DNA of 56,022 bases, filler included, from Sphacelaria rigidula (taxonomy: Eukaryota), in assembly GCA_964200075.2 (NCBI GenBank). It is 4 parts of 4 records of this genome, joined end to end, with 100 filler letters (N's around TTAATTAATTAA, not from the genome) between each part and the next. Parts side by side here need not be neighbours in the genome. Positions count along the whole stretch, not along the records: positions 42,093 to 56,022 come from CAXNAA020002579.1; 3 more parts are not named here. The stretch is one strand, 5' to 3'. Shown here in pieces: positions 48,091 to 56,022 of this stretch. A model generated the notes under the pieces. That model was not told the origin of the DNA and ran no database searches. It worked only from the letters and a program-made list of their open reading frames with translations. Position numbers and translations under genes: made by a program. Numbering within the stretch: the first letter of the stretch is position 1; the number at the start of each line of letters is the position of its first letter.

Positions 48091-51000
48091 GCACTTTGAC
48101 CGACCCCCCAGGGGTCCGTCCAGCCGTGGTCGCATAATAGACGTACCCCCCAAAAAAGCAAATCTGAAAGACTCGCTGAAGAAAAGAAGGAACAGAAAAA
48201 AGTCGAACAGAACGACATAGTAGACTAAGACGTGAAATAAAAAAAAGAAGAAAAAAGGCAACAAAAGCAAAGTATGGGAAGAGATGGTCGACCTGAAACA
48301 ACAACAACAAAAAGAGAGCAAACGATTCTGGCCCCGAAACGTAGGTGTTATAGCGTGGGGAGGGGGGGAGGAAGACTACTGTAATTGTATTTTTCTCGTT
48401 TCAGACTATGGTTTGAGTTCCACGATACCTGTGGTAAATAACTGGACCGGCATGATATTTTGGGGGTGGGGATACATCAGATTGAAGATCTTTGGTGTTT
48501 CTGGGGTCAGGCACGGTTACACTCAGGGCTGAGGACGTCGTTGAGCAGCTACAGCTAATTGTTTCGAGCTGCGAGTAACCTCAAGAAGAGACAAGATACA
48601 ACACACAAGGTTAAGCCTCCATGGAGCAGTAAGTATGGGCCTCGATAACCAAGTGGTAATAATACTCACGTGTCTCTAGATCGTACAAAAACGAGGGATT
48701 TAGCCACTCAAGTTGCTCAGGGCTGAGTATTCAGGCTTGAGAGCGAAGAAGTCCGCTGAGCTCGTAGCCCTGAGGACAGAGCTCAACTTACGTGGCGAGT
48801 CTTCGGGATTTTGGCATGCATGGAATTACATCTCGGATGATATTTCCCCGTTCAGTTCAAGAGCCTCGTTCCTGCACCTGTCGACCTAATTGGTTGGAGC
48901 GATGGGAAAGCACTTACGACACCTGCGCCAAACAGCAGGCGTGTGATGTCGGCAAGAAGGAGCGGTATGCCTTGTGAAACTGACATATGAACCACAGTGA
49001 GTTGTTCTTTTCCCGACATATTTCTTTCCGCTTTGAATCGCTGATAGGCTCATCATGATCATAACTGTTGGTAAAATATTCACTACACGTTTTTCTCTCG
49101 CAGAATGACCACCACACTGTGTTCGAGTCATCACGTTTGCCCATCCGTGTTATGGTGAAACAGTCCCTACATGCATTTATGCGCTGAACTGTGGCGTGAA
49201 GTGGTCGTAATGGATATCTTCGTTATCATGCATGTTCTTGAATTAAATTATGGCCTGAATGCCATGGTGCACATACTCATCACGAAGGCCTCGATCTGGA
49301 TAATGGTGAGCCAGATTATCAGTGAAGAATATCGTACATGTGCGGGTCATTGAAAAGGTCGGAGTTATCGCACAGGTCGGATTATCGTACCCCTGTGCAA
49401 TAAAACACCAAGCCAGGAAAGTTTGAATTTGGTTTTCGCACAGGAGTCGGAGTACGATGACTCCGACCAAGATATTCCTTTCGAGTGTGAGGATCCGTGC
49501 TGTCACGCGTGGCCCCTGGGTATAGTGTGAGCTCCAACGCCTTGTTTCGGTTCGTCTTCATCGCGGTTCATCATCGTCGGCGCACACGAGGGAACGAGGA
49601 AGTTTTTCACTGAACCGGTTAATGAAAGCCTCTCACGGGAGGTGCCCTGGACAGAGGGGAATGTGTAGTAACTCTTCAGGCATAAACTTCTTATACCCTT
49701 AACTCACCCAACCTTAAGACAGTGCCAACTCCACGAGCTGCCTGCAAACCCCAAATATGCATAAATACATTTACAAAATCAAACGCAGCGGTGCGGGCAG
49801 CGTGCAGAGTGCATCGCCTTATATACCGTACATCTAGTCATATTACAATATCTGTCCGCCCCCCAAATCCAGTGTACCGTCAACATCTACTAAAGTGTAC
49901 CCGAATTAATCCAAGTACATGTGCACTAGGGCTCAGGTCGGCAATATTCTATCATCGGTTAACCATCGCCACACGCAACGAAGCACACAGGAAAAATGCA
50001 CAAATGGAAATCAAAAACCTGCCAAAAAAGCTGGAAACTTTAGAATCGCAGGCGGACGGTTTATCGCCGGAGGTGTGATATATTCAGAATCGCACAAATC
50101 TGACTTCACGGTCAACGAGGGAAAGGGACTGCTGAACCCCTCTCGCGATAAAAATAAAACGCAAGCACCACAGAAGGAAGGTGGAGAACGAAACAAAAAT
50201 AGAAAAACAAAAAGCTCCTGTGTGACCCCGGCTGATGCGCCCACATATATACCGAAAGGTGTAGACCGGCGTCCAGAGTAAATGGGACGACAACACACAC
50301 ACACACACACACACAACACACGCAGGTCGGACTTATCGCACACTGGTATGCATTATTGTCATTATTAACGCACATTAGTCCGATCTCTCGAATCCGTGGC
50401 GATAGACGTAGGCTCGTCTTTCCAATACCGTCCCCTGTTATTCCTTAAAACCATAGAGCCCTACATCATTTTGTTTTAGACACCAACCTAATTACAAGAA
50501 CAAGCGCAACCAACTAAAATATTATCAAAATGAAAATGGGAAGAGAGGCGCTAAGAAAAAACTGAGAAGTAGCTTCCCCGAGCTCAACGGGGCGGAGCAA
50601 AAAACCTTTCAGATCTGCTAAAAAATCACACCGACAGGAAAAAGAAATAAAAGACAAGACAAGAAAAAAAAACAGATGACACAAAGGGATTCGCAAGACT
50701 ACCGGGCGGGGGGCAACTCAAAAAACAACCCCAGGCACCCTCATAGACCACCACCACAGCTGTTCGGAGGGGCCGCAGATGTACTAGTGAGTGTACCACC
50801 CGATGGACTACTGGTTACTTCTTGAACGTCCTCGATAGGCACTGGGGGAGCTCTAGAGGTGGCAGAGCAAAACGTTGGGTTAAAATCAGTAAACCAGATT
50901 ATTTTATTCAAGTTACGCATGGAGGGTTCGGAACCATGGCACAGGTCAGAGTTATCGCACCCCTGTGCGACAAAAATCCGAGTTAGCAGAATAGATCGGT

Positions 51001-51645
51001 CCGTGATGATTTATAGGCAACCGATTAGACTACCGTACAGTCAGCGCTGACTGTACGGTAGTCTAATCGGCTGCCTATAAATCGTCACACACGTTAGTCG
51101 TGGGGGTTCGATCCCCGTCAATTTCACTCGGAGGAGGGCGACTCCCCTTGCCAGCGCTGTTCAACTGTTCGCGCTCACGGTATCGGTCTAATGTTGCCAC
51201 ACGTATCCATCCGGAGTGACTCGTCTCCCCCACTCATTTCCAGAGTGTGTGCACTGGGTTTCCTAGCAGTCAACCCGGGGATTGGACTCTCCCCCGGTCG
51301 TGCACATATGCGACAACTCGCACTTCTACGGTAGATGATGACAGTAATGGGAGGCCACCTCGAAAAAGTAATGTTTCCGTGGGTTCGGACGATGACCAAG
51401 TAATATATTATATATCCTTTTTTGGGAAAACAGGTCGCTCGTCAGCGTCAGATCGACAAAGATATAAAGCAGACCGCGGCAGAAATCAAGGCTGCGCAGG
51501 CAGACAAGCAGGCGCAGCTCAACGAACTCAATGTCGTGGTTTCTTTGAAGCTCAATCAGCTTTACTGCACGGACAACGCGCTCGAAGGCCAGGGCTTCGG
51601 AGAAGGGGCTAACGGAGCACAGGAAGACGCTGTCGACAAACCAAG
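46449..51645 (+). CDS. CFAP44: Cilia- and flagella-associated protein 44 (WDR52), two exons of the C-terminal coiled-coil region; partial
   Basis: Exon 46449-46697 is an acidic stretch then DDSCPPGCDISLYESVLGLRERRLDQEEILAE. Exon 51434-51645 reads QADKQAQLNELNVVVSLKLNQL. They join in phase 0 across a GT-AG intron. Both motifs match my recollection of the CFAP44 C-terminus. Confidence 0.85.
47455..48320. repeat. Cluster of three family C retroposon 3' ends, including the (GATT)n tail at 48012-48088
   Basis: Copies at 47455-47525 (+), 47612-47900 (-) and 48012-48320 (-), all sharing gggggtcag/ccagccgtggtc and ending in AATC repeats. Confidence 0.8.
51003..51088. repeat. 86-bp near-perfect loopless palindrome
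   Basis: 43-bp arms with 2 mismatches; centre tcagc|gctga. Confidence 0.95.
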
Positions 51646-52550
51646 GTACCGTACACAATCGGAAAATATCACACAGCGTAATCAGGATAGATTATTGTAC
51701 AGCGTTTGCCCTGCAGAATACAGTAAAATATCCAGTCCGAATACATGTGCTGAACGGTCTGCTCTTCTACTAGTGCAGTCTTCTGCAGCTCAACACCATC
51801 GACCTTGGAAAATTCCGTTCGGTGGGCGGAGAAATTCTCCAGGTTTTTCAATGTACGGATTTTGCACCACTACTTTGTCACATGTTTGGCAGCGATTCGA
51901 CGGTGCATGTAATCGCTCGTATGATGCGCGCATGCAAATGTATCCTGATCGATCCCACCCCGAAATGTAGACAAGCGGGTACACAAACAGTAGCGGCACT
52001 CGGGCTGCTATCGCAGTTATATGTCGTTCTGCATATTCGAGAGCCACGGGGGTGGGTAGGCCCGTCACTGGGACCCGTATTCGTACGTACTGTAGGTAAC
52101 GCGTAGTTAGTCGCCAGACATTTGGCCAGTACAGTGGACCGATTGATGAGAGGGCCACGAAGCGCGGCGAAGATGACACGTCTGAACACTTCCTGGTGAT
52201 AAAGTCCCGGCGAGCTGATGCAGTACCAAATTGCAATCCCAGACCTCGAAATAACGTTGGCATATAACTCGATCTTTGAGCTGAGTTCGGGTCCTGGGGC
52301 AATGGCTGGTGATGGAGGGTATATACCATGCACGGGTGACAAAGTGCTCATTGTCTAGAATGATCCTATGATTTTTGACGCGCGGAGGGGGGGGGGGGGG
52401 GGGTGGAGACTTCATGAGTTTCTTGTTGAGTGGGGGGGGGGTTGATGGGGACTTGCTCGTGTGTGGGTGTGGGTGNNNNNNNNNNGTGAGGCATGGCGAT
52501 CGCGTGATGTCAGGCGGCGGAGGACGGCCGCCCGCGCGGTCAGCTGGGGT

Positions 52551-52581
<31 letters not shown>

Positions 52582-53629
52582 GGTCAGAGCTTTGGCACTT
52601 GCGCAAAGGGGAGCCGATTCGAAGTGTTGGGCTAAGTGTTCAGGTTTGTTTTGAATGCTCTCGGTATCAACATAGTGCATGTATTCTCGCCACTTGACAG
52701 CATTCTCACTTTCACGTTGGTTGGTTGATTGACTAACCGTCGCACAGAATCTAATCCCCGAGGATATCTAGCCGTGGGCACGAGACATGCAGCCGCGTAA
52801 TGAGCGTGTCAGGTTGTGCAAAACACACCCATGAATCCCTTGGTGTCGTGCGGTCAAATATCACGATCCCTTTTATGAGATGAATCTTCGAACTCGAGGT
52901 TATTCGAAACCTGTGGAAATTACGCCACTCACAGCTATCCCACCGGGATGTCTGCATCCGTTAAGGAATATATATATATATTGTCGAAGATACTTTACTG
53001 AGCGTCGTGTTCCGTTTCTGAAGGACCGCAATAGCATGAAATTTGTAAAACTGCGTGTGAACCCGGCACATCCTTTATCCTTCCAATCTCTTTCCCTTAC
53101 CCCATTTTTGCTTCTCCTGTCATAGCATCACCTGTCATGGGTAGGGCTCACGAGTGAGAGGTCATACCCAATAGAGTGTGGCCGAAATCGATGAGCTGCA
53201 ATCTGTTCCCTCGGTTTTTTGTTAATTTTTCTCGATCGGGTATGCGTGCGTGTGCTGTTGCGCTAGACCCTTCCCCCCCGAAACCATGTTGTAGAGATCG
53301 ACCACCCCTAGGGTGTACTCATGATCATGCATCCCTAGGGGGGGGGAGGGTTCTCCTCATTTAGTTTGGGTTTTTGTTTTGGTTGGTCGTGTTTTTACCG
53401 TCTACTCCGCTTCTCGGCGTTACCTTTCTGCTTTCTTCACTTTTCTTGAGCGAGTTTTCCCTTGTGCTCGTCTCGGTTACGTCTATTTTGTGGAGAATGA
53501 CCGCGGTTGGATCTTGAATCCTGGGAGATCAGCTAAAGTGCAACCATCAATCAATCAGCCAACCAATCAGAAGGCTCCACACGTCGCACAACTCAACTAA
53601 CCTTGACTCGAGTTAACCCATTTTGATAT

Positions 53630-53883
53630 GGTATAACTCAGCGGTCTTTTTTCCCACTAGCTGAGTTACACGGTATACCTCTGCGGTACCTATTCTCTCT
53701 GGCTGAGTTATGCGGTAAAACTCAGCGGGGTCATTTTCCACTAGCTGAGTTACACGGTATAACTCAGCGGTATCATTTTCCACTGACTGAGATATACGGT
53801 ATAACTCAGCGGTATCATTTTCCACTGACTGAAATGTACGGTATAACTAAGCGGCACCATTTTTTCACTGGATGAGTTATACC
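53630..53883. repeat. 42-bp minisatellite, ~6 units, each internally palindromic
   Basis: GGTATAACTCAGCGG-type starts at 53630, 53672, 53714, 53756, 53798 and 53840, with TAACTCAGC...GCTGAGTTA stems. Confidence 0.9.
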
Positions 53884-55923
53884 ACATAAGTGAGTACAGT
53901 TATGAATTGTCGGGAGTGTGGCTGGTTCCACCCGCTCCCGTCTCTCTCGAGGTGAGTTCTTAGTAATTCGTCTCGTGGGATGATTGAACCCATCGTGTTG
54001 CCATGCATTTTGTCTTGAGCTTTTTTGCGAGCACTGGGTCGGTCGAGATTCCCGCACGCAGACTTCGAGATTCTACGATTTGTGTCCTTCCGGCCAGCTC
54101 ACACTCTCACGTCCTCGGAAGCCAAAAATGGAACAGAACCAAAACTGCAATGACCAAGATTTCAAGCCGCGACATCCGCGCGATTTGAAGCCCGTGTCGA
54201 TGTGTCAAGTCGACCACGCGCTGCCCTTTTAAGCTGCCGTGTATTGTAATCCTTGCCCCCGTTTCTTCTCTTAATTTCATCATGTGTTCGTTGACTTTCT
54301 TGTTTTTCCATCGCGTAAGTGTATTGCGATCCTCCCCCTTCAAATTTAATGATGAGTTGAACGTTCGTGCCGAATGTCGAAAATATTGGATAGCTGAGTC
54401 GCCGAATGGTTTCCATGGCCTCGACGAATCCCTGGTTGGAACTCCATCAAGCGCTTGTTCAGAGATTTCTCTAGACGGCCCTTCATCCACCGTATTTGCG
54501 TCCGTTTGACTTCTTCCTCATTTTTCAATTTGCCATCTTGCTTATGCTGACTATCCAACGATTGGTTATGTTCGTTTAGCTTGGGTACAATAATTGGGAG
54601 ACCACATACGAACCCCATCCATTTCACCGCCGGGGTAGGCCGACCCGTAGATCGGCATCATTTAACCTTTTTTTTTCGAGTGTAATTGATGCCGGTTCAA
54701 GAGATCGCCTAACCTACCGGCCGAGGGGTCAAGCGAAGCGACAGCCTGAAAGACAATGGATGAATAAATCAATCGATCGACGAATTAATTCGGCACATGC
54801 GCTCCATTGTTGTCCGCGATACGCGTAGAAACGGAAACCGGAGCTAACATTTCCAACCCTGCGGCATTTTCAAGGGTGACTTTTCTGTTTTCGATACCTA
54901 TGCGATCCCGTGCCCCCGGGGACTGTTGTTCCATATGGGAATCTGATCGCATCGAAAATGCGGAATACTTTCATCGACACTCAACTTTACTGGGGCCCTG
55001 AAAACTTCGCTCAACTTCCATTACGCATATCACGGGAATAGCCAACGACTTCACGCGCCTAACACGATTTATCACCAGTAGGAAATTCTTGGGAGACCTT
55101 GCCGTCATCATGGAAACACTGTGTGAACAAACGTAGGGCTCAAAGCGGTGAATGCGTCGCTTGTGGGGCGCTTTCACTGCACCCGAATTTAATGCTGTAT
55201 TTCGACCGTCGTCAGAAATAACACTCCTCATCGACACTCCGAGCACGTATACCGTTGTGAACTCTGACCCTCCGTGATGCGCTCGGGACCTTCAGAGGCC
55301 TGGTCGGAGGCACCCCAGGGCGGGCGTGAGGGGAGGGGTTAAATCGCTTCCGGGAAGCAGAGGCTTCATGGGTGTGATGTAAAGTGCAACAACCGCAGAC
55401 ACGTTCTTCCGTGTGATTCCGCTGGGTGAAGTACTGGAAACTGTCTTCTCTCTTGCGATTTTCAACGGTGTATCAACACCAGGGAGAACTCTCACGTGCG
55501 AATGGCCGCCACCCCCGTCGACGGGTCTACACGCCTAGTTCATGCAGCAATTTGGTCGAACACACCCCATGCTTCCTGCCCACACGGTGGGATACCCGCG
55601 CCGACTCTGTGGCTGCATCTTTTGCAATGTACCGCGAGAGGTGGTTTCATAAGTCTTACTTCATCCTCGTCAAAACGAGGCATACCTGTCGAGGGATGCT
55701 TCTATTTCAGCTGCATCTCATGCGTATGCGGGCAGAGGGTTTTCTCGCGCCTTACGCGATCGCCTCCTGTGGGTCCTCATCCTCGTCGAGACGTGCATGC
55801 CTGTCGAGGGACACGTCCGTTTTAGGGTTTTCGGTTGCATCTCTTGCACGTATCGCGAGAGGAGTTTCATAAGCCGTACGGCATAACCTTGAATTCACCA
55901 TGTCCTGATCAAGAGGTACATAA

Positions 55924-55924
55924 G

Positions 55925-56000
<76 letters not shown>

Positions 56001-56022
56001 CGTCGTCGTCGTCGTCGTCGTC
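55924..56022. repeat. (GTT)n(GTC)n compound microsatellite
   Basis: Read directly at the contig end. Confidence 0.97.

Noticed and set aside
47829..48321. ORFs with NQSI repeats
   Set aside because: Translation of the (AATC)n microsatellite tail.
53630..53883. CRISPR array (palindromic repeats with a regular period)
   Set aside because: Units are contiguous and the variable parts are homologous to each other rather than unique spacers. There are no cas genes and the context is eukaryotic.
55820..55830. Telomere-like TTTAGGG (also ~21618 and ~34440)
   Set aside because: Isolated one- or two-unit occurrences, expected by chance.
54100..55870. Decayed coding-like sequence on the minus strand
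   Set aside because: Short broken frames with no motif I can identify.

Overview
Eukaryotic, repeat-rich DNA. Long GT-AG introns, a flagellar CFAP44 gene and the TE content suggest a stramenopile, probably a brown alga (inference). The window is not one locus: four contigs of 13,932/13,930/13,930/13,930 bp are joined by 100-bp N-TTAATTAATTAA-N linkers. Contig 1 (1-13932) is a nest of transposable elements. A probable MULE-like relic is interrupted by a LINE. The LINE is split by a 6.5-kb TIR element (3488-10022) carrying a decayed ~1000-aa IS630/Tc1/mariner-type transposase with ~DD191E spacing, which is itself interrupted by a 69-bp LINE 3' tail. Contig 2 (14033-27962) holds exons of an unrecognised minus-strand gene, a 1.8-kb hAT-like composite element with an 8-bp TSD, and MITEs. 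Contig 3 (28063-41992) holds a partial 10-exon CAMK-group Ser/Thr kinase with a ~90-residue activation segment and a CIPK/Chk1-like C-terminal domain. Contig 4 (42093-56022) holds two exons of CFAP44/WDR52 among MITEs, an 86-bp loopless palindrome and a 42-bp palindromic minisatellite. Short retroposon tails ending in oligo(C) rather than poly(A) recur in three contigs, inserted at C-tracts with clear TSDs. All calls are by eye, with no database searches.
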